A DNA stretch of 64,000 bases from an uncultured bacterium. GTDB lineage: Bacteria; Actinomycetota; Acidimicrobiia; Spongiisociales; UBA5794. Positions 28,076-37,127 of the stretch are shown piece by piece. The position numbers and the translations under genes are program-made. The number at the start of each line of letters is the position of its first letter. Position 1 is the stretch's first letter. The notes beneath the pieces were generated by a model. It did no database searches, had not been told where the DNA came from, and saw nothing but the letters and a program-made list of their open reading frames with translations. The stretch spans positions 288,001-352,000 of the forward strand of contig CAWDDT010000004.1 of the NCBI GenBank assembly GCA_963801165.1, written 5' to 3'.

Positions 28076-29115
28076 TGGATCGGTTGGCCCGTCGTGTCGT
28101 CGCGGACCACGTGACGCTCGACCGTGACGCAGTTGCCGCCCACGTCGCCAGGCTGCTGCCCGCTGAGGCGCCACTGCTCGACGTCACCGAGACGGTCTCG
28201 ATCGTCGATGCGGTGCTCGGGCTCGGCCCGCTGGAACGCCTGTTGCGTGACCCGGCTGTGAGCGACGTTCTGGTCAACGGTGACGGGTCTGTGTGGGCGG
28301 AGCGGAACGGGGCGCTGCAACCGACCGAAATGGCCTTCGCCGGGCCGGGTGAGCTGACGGCCGCCATCGAGCGGATCATCGCACCGCTCGGTCTCCGGCT
28401 CGACCCCTCCAGCCCGGCGGTCGACGCCCGGCTGCCCGACGGCTCCCGGCTTCATGCCATCGTGCCGCCCGCGTCACCCGACGGGCCGGTACTTGCGATC
28501 CGGCGATTCAGCGAAACGATCCGCACCCTGGAGGAGCTGGTGGCGGCAGGCGGGGTCAATGAAGATGGCGCCGCCCTCCTGCGTGACCTCATCGCAACGC
28601 GTGCCAACCTCATCGTGTGTGGCCCGACCGGTGCTGGTAAGACGACGCTGCTCAACGTTCTCCTCCACGAGCTGCCAGCGGGGGAGCGGGTGGTGACGGT
28701 CGAGGACGCCGCGGAACTGCAACCCCGAGGCCACGTGGTCCGGCTCGAAGGCAGACCAGCCAACAGCGAAGGCGTCGGCGCCATCACCCAGCGGCAACTA
28801 CTCCGCCATGCCCTCCGCCTCCGCCCCGACCGAATTGTCGTCGGTGAGGTCAGGGGAGCGGAGGCCTTCGACATGCTCCAGGCGCTCTCCACCGGCCACG
28901 ACGGCTCGATGTCGACCATCCATGCCAGCTCCGTCGCCGAGGCCTTGTGGCGGCTGGAGACCCTGGCGCTGCTCGAGGTGACCGCAACGGCCGAGAGCAT
29001 CCACCGCCAGGTCGAGCGGGCGGTCGACGCCGTCGTCGTCATGGGTCGTGACAACGGGGTGCGGCTCGTTTGCGCCATTCAGAGCGCCGGCGAGGAGGTA
29101 TACCGGTGCTGCTGA
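28066..29115 (+). CDS. tadA: Tad pilus ATPase CpaF/TadA
   Basis: GLGPLE, DARLPDGSR, GPTGAGKTT, LRLRPDRIVVGEVRG, TGHDGSMSTIHA. Confidence 0.95.
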   Translation: MGVVDRLARRVVADHVTLDRDAVAAHVARLLPAEAPLLDVTETVSIVDAVLGLGPLERLLRDPAVSDVLVNGDGSVWAERNGALQPTEMAFAGPGELTAAIERIIAPLGLRLDPSSPAVDARLPDGSRLHAIVPPASPDGPVLAIRRFSETIRTLEELVAAGGVNEDGAALLRDLIATRANLIVCGPTGAGKTTLLNVLLHELPAGERVVTVEDAAELQPRGHVVRLEGRPANSEGVGAITQRQLLRHALRLRPDRIVVGEVRGAEAFDMLQALSTGHDGSMSTIHASSVAEALWRLETLALLEVTATAESIHRQVERAVDAVVVMGRDNGVRLVCAIQSAGEEVYRCC

Positions 29116-29657
29116 CCACCATCGCAGTCGTCGCGATTCTGCTCTGGCCGGAACGATGGCCCCGTCACCATCCCGTTCGCGATCGAGACGAGCAGCAACT
29201 GTCGGCTGCGATCCATTCCGAGCTCGCCGCCGGCGCATCGCTGCGTCACGCGATCGGCGCAGCATGCTCGCTCCGCCCGGAACTCGGGACCGCACGCATC
29301 CTGGCGCTGGCCGGAGCACCCATCGGGTCTGTGGCTGCCGCCCTCGGCGCCGGAGAGCGGCTCGGCGCGGCGATCACGGTGGCGGCGGCATCGGGTGGGA
29401 GTGCCGGCGCGGTTTTCCAGCGTCTCGCCGATCGAGCCGCCGCCGATGCCGATCTCGCCAGGGAGCAACGGGTACTCACCACCCAGGCCCGCATGTCGGC
29501 GGGGATCGTGGCCGGGATGCCGGTGCTGTGGATGATGTTGGGAGGCGTCGGGCGGATCGCCTCGTTGTTCACCGCCGAAGCGGGTGCGGTTGCTGTGGCC
29601 GGCATCGCCATGGAGGTGGTGGGAGTGGGGCTGGTATGGAGGATGGCGACCGCATGA
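29106..29657 (+). CDS. tadB: TadB-like membrane protein
   Basis: SELAAGAS, ASGGS, TQARMSAGIV; operon position. Confidence 0.75.
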   Translation: MLLTTIAVVAILLWPERWPRHHPVRDRDEQQLSAAIHSELAAGASLRHAIGAACSLRPELGTARILALAGAPIGSVAAALGAGERLGAAITVAAASGGSAGAVFQRLADRAAADADLAREQRVLTTQARMSAGIVAGMPVLWMMLGGVGRIASLFTAEAGAVAVAGIAMEVVGVGLVWRMATA

Positions 29658-30268
29658 CCGTCTCGATCCTCGTCGCGTTGCTGTTGGCGGGGACACCGCT
29701 GCGCCCGATGCTTGTGCTGCTCGCCGGTGTCGCCGGCGCTGCCGCCGTGGCGGCCCCGGTCCTGCTCATCCCCGGCGGTATGGCGGGTGGTATCTACGTG
29801 CTGCTGCGCCGGTTGCGGGCTCGGACCACCGAACGGGAGCAGCGCCGTGAGGATGCGGCGCTGCTCGCCGATCTCACCGCGCTGGCGCTCACGGGTGGTC
29901 TGGGGATCCGGCCTGCGCTCGAGATCGCGGCCGGCGCCGTCGGCGGACCGGTCGCCGACGAGGTCGACAGACTGCTTCGGCATGCCCGTGTGGACGGCAT
30001 GGCTGTAGCGATGACCGGGGCGGGCGGGGCGGGCAGAGAGCTGTACCGGGTGATCGGTCGGGCGATCAGCACCGGATCGGCGCTGGTCGACCAGGTAACC
30101 CGGGTCGCCGACGAGCTGCACGCCGACACCGCGGCGCAGAAGTTGGAGAAGGTCCGGCGGGTCCCGGTGGCGATGCTGTTCCCGCTGACGTTGCTGATTC
30201 TCCCCGGCTTCCTGCTGCTGACGATCGCCCCGGCGCTGCTCGACGCGTTCATGCACCTCGAGTTGTAG
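29654..30268 (+). CDS. tadC: TadC-like membrane protein
   Basis: C-terminal VAMLFPLTLLILPGFLLL T2SSF motif. Confidence 0.8.
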   Translation: MTVSILVALLLAGTPLRPMLVLLAGVAGAAAVAAPVLLIPGGMAGGIYVLLRRLRARTTEREQRREDAALLADLTALALTGGLGIRPALEIAAGAVGGPVADEVDRLLRHARVDGMAVAMTGAGGAGRELYRVIGRAISTGSALVDQVTRVADELHADTAAQKLEKVRRVPVAMLFPLTLLILPGFLLLTIAPALLDAFMHLEL

Positions 30269-30338
30269 GGGTGAGTTGTAGGGGTGAGTTGTAGGGGTGA
30301 TATGTAGGGGTGACTTGTAGGGGGTGAGTTGCAGGGGT
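30260..30338 (+). repeat. 13-bp G-rich tandem repeat, 6 copies
   Basis: GAGTTGTAGGGGT x3, then GATATGTAGGGGT, GACTTGTAGGGGGT, GAGTTGCAGGGGT. Confidence 0.95.
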
Positions 30339-30385
30339 TTCTACTTCCCACCGCACCGGCCGGCTGCCGGACGAGGAGACATGAG

Positions 30386-30553
30386 ATGAACAAGCTGATA
30401 GACAACGAGTCCGGACAGGCGACCGCGGAGTATGCGCTCGTGGTTGTGGCCGCGGCCGCGATCGCGGGGGCGTTGATCGTGTGGGCGACGAGTACCGGGG
30501 CTCTGGGCGCCCTGTTCGATGCGGTGATCAGCCGCGTCTCGAGCTTCATGTGA
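30386..30553 (+). CDS. flp: Flp pilin (DUF4244-like)
   Basis: ESG/QATAEYAL prepilin cleavage and Flp motif, hydrophobic helix; GAGGAG RBS. Confidence 0.88.
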   Translation: MNKLIDNESGQATAEYALVVVAAAAIAGALIVWATSTGALGALFDAVISRVSSFM

Positions 30554-30908
30554 GCCAGCGAGGCTCGGCAACCGTGGAATTCGCCCTACTCGTCCCGCTG
30601 CTCATCCTGGTGATGGGGCTCATAGTCGAGGTCGCGGTGGCAGGCAGGCTCCAGATCGAGGTGGTGGCGGCGGCCCGAGAGGGGCGCGGGTCGCGGCCAC
30701 TACACCCGACCCGGCGGCGGCATTGGCGGCGGTGACCGACGCGCTCGGTCCCCGCGGGGACGACGCGAAGGTCACGGTGCACCGACCACACGTGGTCGGT
30801 GCCGAGGCCAGTGTCACCGTCAGTCTCGAGCATCGGGTGAGTCTGCTTCCGTTCGAATGGATCAGCGTCCCCCTTTCGGCGACATCCGTTATGCGGGTAG
30901 AGCGGTGA
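30550..30908 (+). CDS. tadE: TadE pseudopilin, -1 frameshift in the G run near 30683
   Basis: RGSATVEFALLVP...AAREG; the expected ARVAA... continues in the frame of ORF 30723..30908. Confidence 0.8.
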
Positions 30909-31294
30909 GCCGTCAGCGGGGCGCGGTGTCTTTGATCGTCGCCGGTCTGCTTGTCATCGGGGTCGTGTTGTCACTGCTGCTCGTCGACGTTGCCCGGGTG
31001 GCCGCGGCGCGGGCCCGGCTCAGCGCGGCCGCCGACGCCGCAGCCCTGGCGGCAGCACCGGCAACCTTCGCCGACTTCGGTGCGGGCTCTGACCCGAAGA
31101 GCGCCGCAGGCGAAACCGCAACGGCGAACGGGGCGCAGCTCGTCGTATGCCGGTGCCCTGTCGATCACACATGGGCGTCTCGCACCGTCCAGGTCGTGGT
31201 GTCCGCAGACATCGACCTGACGATGCTCGGCTCCCGTCGTCTGCAGGCATCGGCTGCAGCCGAGTTCAGCCCGGTCCGGCTGGCGGGCCGATGA
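30905..31294 (+). CDS. TadE/TadG-like pseudopilin (Rv3654c-like)
   Basis: QRGAVS, AADAAALAAA, ANGAQLVVC. Confidence 0.8.
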   Translation: MSRQRGAVSLIVAGLLVIGVVLSLLLVDVARVAAARARLSAAADAAALAAAPATFADFGAGSDPKSAAGETATANGAQLVVCRCPVDHTWASRTVQVVVSADIDLTMLGSRRLQASAAAEFSPVRLAGR

Positions 31295-31328
31295 CATGCG
31301 CATTACGTTTCGCTATGCTTATCGCATG
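31295..31328 (+). promoter_or_regulatory. TA promoter/operator, leaderless
   Basis: CATGCG...CGCATG inverted repeat flanking TATGCT (31314-19), ATG at 31326. Confidence 0.5.
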
Positions 31329-31574
31329 GCACAACTGGTGACGCGGATCGATGACGAGCTGGCCAGGCTGGTAGATGACCTGGTCTCCGACGGCGTTGTC
31401 GAATCGCGCTCGGATGCGGTTCGGCGCGGTCTGCGTGTGCTCGTCGACGACCACCGGCGGCGCAAGATCGGCGAACAGATCGTGCGCGGCTATCGGGCCG
31501 TGCCGCAGACCGAGACGGAAGTCGGCTGGGTCGACTCCGCCACCGTGGCCATGATCACCGAGGCACCGTGGTGA
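31326..31574 (+). CDS. RHH antitoxin
   Basis: QLVTRIDD..SRSDAVRRGL, IVRGY, ends ITEAPW. Confidence 0.85.
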   Translation: MAQLVTRIDDELARLVDDLVSDGVVESRSDAVRRGLRVLVDDHRRRKIGEQIVRGYRAVPQTETEVGWVDSATVAMITEAPW

Positions 31575-31879
31575 CACCTGCCCAGGGCGAGATCTGGTGG
31601 GCCGAAGCCGAAGACAAGCGGCGACCGGTTCTCGTCGTCACCAGGTCCGAAGCCATCCCGGTACTCACCTGGCTGCTCGTCGCCCCGGTCACCCGCACGA
31701 TCCGCGGCATCCCCACGGAGGTCCCTCTTGGCGACGACGACGGCGTCGCCGTGCCATGTGTCGCCGCATTCGACAACCTCCAGCCCATCCGTCGGTCATT
31801 TCTGACTGAGCGGGTGGGGACGATCGGCCCGCGACGTCAGGAGATCTGTCGAGCTCTCGCGGCCCTCGCCGACTGCTGA
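31568..31879 (+). CDS. mazF: PemK/MazF toxin
   Basis: QGEIWWA..KRRPVLVVTR, APVTRTIRGIPTEV, AFDNL. Confidence 0.9.
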   Translation: MVTPAQGEIWWAEAEDKRRPVLVVTRSEAIPVLTWLLVAPVTRTIRGIPTEVPLGDDDGVAVPCVAAFDNLQPIRRSFLTERVGTIGPRRQEICRALAALADC

Positions 31880-32008
31880 CTGTGTCTCGGGGCGGGCTCG
31901 AAGACGTCCGGCGTTGACGAGGGCGACGACCGAGGCGCCGGCAGCCACCGCCAGCACGCCCGATGTGAACAAGCGGGCGAACCAGTCGTAATCGTTGCTG
32001 GGCGAAAC

Positions 32009-32899
32009 TCACGTCTCCCGGCGGGCCGCCAGGATCGGGCCGGCGATGGTGAGCGCCACGCCTACCAGGGCAAGCGCGGTCACCCGGTCGCCGAGGAAGA
32101 CGACTCCGAGCACCAGCGAAACCGCCGGGATCAGATAGGTGATGAAAGAAGCGCGGGGGCCGCCGACCCGGCCGACCAGCGTCCCCATGATGGCGAACGC
32201 CAGACCCGTGCCCACCACGCCGAGAACCGTGACGGCCGCCATCGACCCGGCGGCGAAGTGGCTGCGGGTGAGCCCGAACAACCCGAACGGCGCGGTCCAG
32301 ATCGTCGCCAGCATGAGCATCTTGCCCATGACCGCCACCGAGCCGTATCGCTGTTGAAGGGGGCCGGCGATGTTGACCGCCAGGCCGTAGCAGAGGGTCG
32401 CGGCCAGCACCATCAGCACGCCGACAAAGGCCGTTCCGCCTTCGGCAGCCGACCCGAGACTCACCAGCGTCACGCCTATGAAGCCGACGGCAAGCCCGAT
32501 GCGCTGCGGTCCCCGCGGTACCCGGCCGAAAAAGACGGCCGCAAAGACCCCGGCGAAGATCGGCGTGGCGCCATTTAGCAGACCGGCAACGGCCGAGTTG
32601 ATGTGTTGCTCGGCGAGGGGGAACAGCGTGAATGGGATCCCCACCCAGATAACCGACAGCGCCAGCAGCCGGGGCCAATCCTCCCGGTCGATGCGGGTCC
32701 GGACCTGTGGGAGCGCCGCCAGCGCGGTGGCGCCAAGCCCCACCCGTGCCCAGGTGATCAGGCCGGGGTGGAATGCTCTGAGCCCGACCGCGATGAACAG
32801 GAATGAAGCGCCCCAGATCATCGAGAGCGAAGTGAACAGCGCCCAATCGCGAGCCTCGAATGCGGCCCGGTCGGACGGAGTGATGGCGATGTCGGTCAT
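32009..32899 (-). CDS. EamA/DMT transporter
   Basis: IWGASFLFI, LNGATP, ITYLIPAVS; about 10 TM. Confidence 0.92.
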   Translation of the reverse strand: MTDIAITPSDRAAFEARDWALFTSLSMIWGASFLFIAVGLRAFHPGLITWARVGLGATALAALPQVRTRIDREDWPRLLALSVIWVGIPFTLFPLAEQHINSAVAGLLNGATPIFAGVFAAVFFGRVPRGPQRIGLAVGFIGVTLVSLGSAAEGGTAFVGVLMVLAATLCYGLAVNIAGPLQQRYGSVAVMGKMLMLATIWTAPFGLFGLTRSHFAAGSMAAVTVLGVVGTGLAFAIMGTLVGRVGGPRASFITYLIPAVSLVLGVVFLGDRVTALALVGVALTIAGPILAARRET

Positions 32900-33086
32900 G
32901 CTGGATATAACCCCGGACGGCCCGGATCCGTTGCACCGGGACTCGGCGACGATACATCCTGGATATCGAGGACAATGGCGGTCAGCAGCAGCACTCGCCG
33001 TAGATGCAATTGTTGCGTTCAACGAGGTCGGCGAACTGGTCCCAGGTGGAGGCGTCGAGCGGGGCGGTTGTGCATCCGGTCGGGGC

Positions 33087-33770
33087 TCAGACCTTCCGGG
33101 AGGCTTCGTCGATGATTCGGGCAAGCTCGGACGGTCGCGTGACCATCGGCCAGTGGCCCGTGTCGATGTCGACATAGGAGATGTCCTTGGCCCGGCTGAG
33201 CTCGGGGACATCCCCTCCGTCGATCCAGGCCCTGGCCTGGTCGGGGTTGTACTCGGGGCACACCAGCAGCAGTGGCATGTCGAACCTTCGCTCGTCGGTC
33301 AAGGTCACGACACCCTTCGAGACACCCTCAGGCACGGCAACGGCGATAGATTCAAACTGGTCTCGGGCGGCGTGGTCGAGGTCCGCGGCATCGGGACCCT
33401 CGAATGGATCCCACCCCGGGAACGGCATGACGCCGTCCGTCACCGCGAAGAAATCGGCATAAGCCTCGCCGTCAGAGCTCGGGAAGCCACCGATGAGGAC
33501 GACACTGTCGATCGTGTCGGGTCTACGGTCGGCGGCCATCCAGGCGAGTGTGCAGGCAGCCGAGTGACCGACAACCATCGGTTGGTCGGCTGCGTCTACG
33601 GCTTCGAGCACGGCTGCGATCTGATCGGTGAGCGTTGCAGTTGTCGACCCGTCATCCACCCCGGGCAGAGCGACCGGCATCGGCTGGTGCCCGCGCCGCT
33701 CGAGTTCAGCGCGTAATTCGTCCCAGATTGACCGGGGGAGCCAGAGACCGGCTATGAGAATGATGTCCAT
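33087..33770 (-). CDS. alpha/beta hydrolase
   Basis: IAGLWL, LPGVD, VVGHSAA, TGHWPM. Confidence 0.9.
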   Translation of the reverse strand: MDIILIAGLWLPRSIWDELRAELERRGHQPMPVALPGVDDGSTTATLTDQIAAVLEAVDAADQPMVVGHSAACTLAWMAADRRPDTIDSVVLIGGFPSSDGEAYADFFAVTDGVMPFPGWDPFEGPDAADLDHAARDQFESIAVAVPEGVSKGVVTLTDERRFDMPLLLVCPEYNPDQARAWIDGGDVPELSRAKDISYVDIDTGHWPMVTRPSELARIIDEASRKV

Positions 33771-34078
33771 GGCCGGCGACTCTACAGTCAGTTCCGGACG
33801 TTCCACTTCCTCAATCAGGATTCACTGACGACATTCGACGCCTCCAGTCCCACCGCACGGGCAATCCGCGCCCTTTGCCGGGGAATGACTGGCGGCGATT
33901 CCACACCCGTTCCACGTGGTTGGTGGCCCGGAGCTGCTTGCTGCCCGTGGCTGAGGTCGGTCGACGCATGAGCTTCGCGGCCAATCAGGGCGCCGTTGGC
34001 GACAGCCAATGGCAGGCTGGATGCGTAACTGGTAACCCCACGCCCCGGTAGATTGGAGTACTCCATAGGAGGCCAACT

Positions 34079-35218
34079 ATCACCGAAACAGCAACGATCG
34101 AGCGCGAGTTCACCGATGGGGCGACCGCGATCGTCCGCGGCGCGCTCGATGCCGGATGCAACTTCTTCGCCGGCTATCCGATTACCCCGGCATCCCCGAT
34201 TCTGATGATGATGCTGCGCGACCTACCCGCCCGCGGTGGCATCGGCATGCAGGGCGAGGACGAGATCGCCTCCATCGGCATGTGCATCGGCGCCGCCATG
34301 ACGGGCGCCCGCGTCATGACCGCCAGTGCCGGGCCGGGCATCAGCCTGTACAGCGAGAACATCGGGATGGCGATCATGGGCGAGGTTCCGCTCGTGATTG
34401 TTGACGTGCAGCGACTCGGTCCGTCGACCGGCGCCGCCACCACGACGGCCCAGGGGGACGTGCAGTTCGTCAGGTGGGGGACCGCAGGCGGGTTTCCTGT
34501 CATCGCCATCTGCCCCTCGTCAGTCGCCGAGTGTTACACGCTCACGATGAAGGCGTTCGATTTCGCCGAACGGTTCCGTTGCCCCGTCTTCCTGATGGCC
34601 GACAAGGAGCTGGCGCTGACGATGCGCTCGGTCGATCCGGCCGACTATGTACGCGTCGACGTCCGGGACCGGGACATCGTCGATCCGGCTGACAAGAACC
34701 CGCCTCCCGAGTACCGGTTCGATCCACCCGACGAGGTGGTGCCGATGCAGCTGTACGGTGGCTCGCATCCGGTGCGCTTCACGGGAAGCACCCACACCGA
34801 GGAAGCCTTCATCACCAAGAAGCCGTCGATCGTCGGTGCGCTCAACGACCACCTGGTAAGCAAGATAAGTGATCATGTCGACGAGATCGCCATGGTCGAG
34901 GCCGACATCGATGACGAAGCCGAGACGCTGTTGATCAGCTACGGCGTGACCGCGGGGAGCATGCGTGAGGCGGTCGCCGCCGCCCGTGGCGAAGGCACCA
35001 AAGTCTCGTCGCTCACGATCAAGACGCTGTGGCCCGTCCCGGAAGCGAACATCATGACGGCGGCTCTCGGCGTCAGCCGGGTCGTTGTCGCCGAGCTCAA
35101 CCCCGGCTTGTACATGAGGGAGATCGAGCGGGTGCTGCCCCACGTCGAGATCCTGTCCATCGCCCGCACCGACGGGGTCCTGATCAGCCCCGATCAGCTT
35201 CACGAGGTGATCATATGA
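34079..35218 (+). CDS. 2-oxoacid:ferredoxin oxidoreductase alpha subunit (ATC start)
   Basis: FFAGYPITP motif lies in frame upstream of the tracked ATG; EDEIAS, ASAGPGISL, QRLGPSTG. Confidence 0.9.
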   Translation: MTETATIEREFTDGATAIVRGALDAGCNFFAGYPITPASPILMMMLRDLPARGGIGMQGEDEIASIGMCIGAAMTGARVMTASAGPGISLYSENIGMAIMGEVPLVIVDVQRLGPSTGAATTTAQGDVQFVRWGTAGGFPVIAICPSSVAECYTLTMKAFDFAERFRCPVFLMADKELALTMRSVDPADYVRVDVRDRDIVDPADKNPPPEYRFDPPDEVVPMQLYGGSHPVRFTGSTHTEEAFITKKPSIVGALNDHLVSKISDHVDEIAMVEADIDDEAETLLISYGVTAGSMREAVAAARGEGTKVSSLTIKTLWPVPEANIMTAALGVSRVVVAELNPGLYMREIERVLPHVEILSIARTDGVLISPDQLHEVII

Positions 35219-36534
35219 GTCTGGAACTGCTGCCCCAGCCGACGCTGCGCACCGAAGCCGACTACCCGTTTTGCCCCGGCTGTGGGCACGGGCCGGTGCT
35301 CGATGCGCTCAACGAGGCGCTCGTCAAGCTCGAGCTGGCACCCCACGAGGTCGTCATCGTCTCCGACATCGGATGCTCGGGACTGTCCGACCAGTACTTC
35401 ACGACGAGCGCCTTCCACGGCCTACACGGTCGCTCGATCACATACGCCACCGGCATCAAGCTGATGCGACCGGACCTGACGGTTGTCGTCATCATGGGTG
35501 ACGGTGGCACCGGGATCGGCGGCGCCCACCTCCTGTCAGCCGCCCGCCGCAACATCGGGATCACCGTGCTCGTCCTCAACAACTTCAACTTCGGCATGAC
35601 CGGGGGCCAGCATTCCACGACGACCCCGGAAGGCTCGTTGACCCCGACGACGCCTGCGGGCAACCTGGAGCACCCGCTCGACATCTGCGCAACCGTCGGT
35701 GTCAACGGTGCGGCCTTCTCCTACCGCGGGACCAGCTTCGACGACGACCTCTCCGACCGCATCGCTGAAGGCATTACGACCGACGGTTTCTCGATTCTCG
35801 ATGTATGGGATCTGTGTACCGCCTATTTCGTCCGCAACAACAAGTTCTCCCGCCGCCAGATCGACACCACGATGGAGACTCTCGGTCTCGAGTCCGGGGT
35901 GTTGTACCGCAATGACAAATCGGAGTTCGCCATCGCCTATCGCAAGCTGGCCGAAGGCCAACACGAAGGTCTGCGCGTCACGAAGGTGGCGGCATCCGCT
36001 CCCGTCTTGCTCGACACCAGAAGGCACTTCGTGGTTGCGGGATCCGCCGGAGGACGGGTCCGGTCCGCCGCCAGGCTCGTGTCGCTGGCCGCCATGCGGT
36101 CGGGGTGGTGGAGCGCCCAGCGTGACGACTACCCGATAACGGTCAAGAGCGGGCACAGTGTCTCGGAAGTGATCATGTCCCCGGAAGAGATCCACTACAG
36201 CGGCGTCGAGAAGCCGGACGTGCTGGTCGTCGTCAGCGACGACGGGCTCGGCAAATCGGGGCCCTACCTCGAACACATGGATGCGAGCGGCACCGTGTTC
36301 GTCGCCGCCGGTCTCGACCTTCCCCCGACCGGTGCCAGGGTGGTTACCGTCGACCCGGCGTCTGCCGACACCAGGATCCCGAGCGCGTCGCTGGCTCTGG
36401 CGATGGTCGCCAACGCCATCCACCACACCGGGCTGGTCCCGTTCGACTCGTTCGAGGCGACCGCGGGTAGCGGCAGCTTCGGTGAGAAGAACCTGGAGTT
36501 GGTGACCGTCGGGAAGACGCTGGTGACCAGTTGA
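35215..36534 (+). CDS. 2-oxoacid:ferredoxin oxidoreductase beta-gamma fusion
   Basis: FCPGCG, SDIGCS, LHGR, GDGG..NN TPP motif, TGGQ; then AGSAGG..GHSVSEVIMS gamma domain. Confidence 0.9.
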   Translation: MSLELLPQPTLRTEADYPFCPGCGHGPVLDALNEALVKLELAPHEVVIVSDIGCSGLSDQYFTTSAFHGLHGRSITYATGIKLMRPDLTVVVIMGDGGTGIGGAHLLSAARRNIGITVLVLNNFNFGMTGGQHSTTTPEGSLTPTTPAGNLEHPLDICATVGVNGAAFSYRGTSFDDDLSDRIAEGITTDGFSILDVWDLCTAYFVRNNKFSRRQIDTTMETLGLESGVLYRNDKSEFAIAYRKLAEGQHEGLRVTKVAASAPVLLDTRRHFVVAGSAGGRVRSAARLVSLAAMRSGWWSAQRDDYPITVKSGHSVSEVIMSPEEIHYSGVEKPDVLVVVSDDGLGKSGPYLEHMDASGTVFVAAGLDLPPTGARVVTVDPASADTRIPSASLALAMVANAIHHTGLVPFDSFEATAGSGSFGEKNLELVTVGKTLVTS

Positions 36535-37127
36535 TGGGACGTTGGGCGGTTGTCCTGGCGATTGCTCTCGTTGCGGCAGGGTGCAGCGGGGGTGGTTCGT
36601 CGACTACGACAGAAGTACAGACGACGGCTTCGACGGCACCCGACGATCCCACCGCCCCGACGAGCGAGTCACTCGCGGCAAACGAGGGCTTTCTCACACT
36701 GCCGACGGGTTTCGCTGATTGCGGCGCAACGATACTGACGAGCGGTTGGCCCACGACGACCGTGTTCAACGATGAGATCACACTCTCGTGTCTCAATGAT
36801 GCCATCGCCTCACAGACCGCGTCGCAGTACGTCTATTGGGGCCGTGATCAAACCGGGGGAATCAGCGGGCTCATCATCCGGGTCAACACGTTGGGAGTGC
36901 TCACCGTCATCGACTACACAGTCGACGCCGCCGGCAACGTCGAGAGCAGTGACCAGACCTGTGCCGAGTTGCAAAGCGGAATGGGCCAGCCGCCGGTGTG
37001 CGCCACACCGGCCGACTCCGCGGGCGGCAGCGTCGAGACCACGGTCCCGGGCCGGTCCCAGAGTGATCATTCGCGCGACCGCGGCGGTCAGAGCCCACCC
37101 TCTACAGGGGACCGCCAGGCGCCCTAG
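36534..37127 (+). CDS. lipoprotein, hypothetical
   Basis: Lipobox VAAGC, S/T linker, four further Cys. Confidence 0.7.
   Translation: MGRWAVVLAIALVAAGCSGGGSSTTTEVQTTASTAPDDPTAPTSESLAANEGFLTLPTGFADCGATILTSGWPTTTVFNDEITLSCLNDAIASQTASQYVYWGRDQTGGISGLIIRVNTLGVLTVIDYTVDAAGNVESSDQTCAELQSGMGQPPVCATPADSAGGSVETTVPGRSQSDHSRDRGGQSPPSTGDRQAP

Noticed and set aside
33807-34066. Intergenic region as a ZTP riboswitch or small gene (contains GACTGGCG)
   Set aside because: The rest of the pfl consensus is absent, the downstream gene does not fit, and the short ORFs lack motifs.
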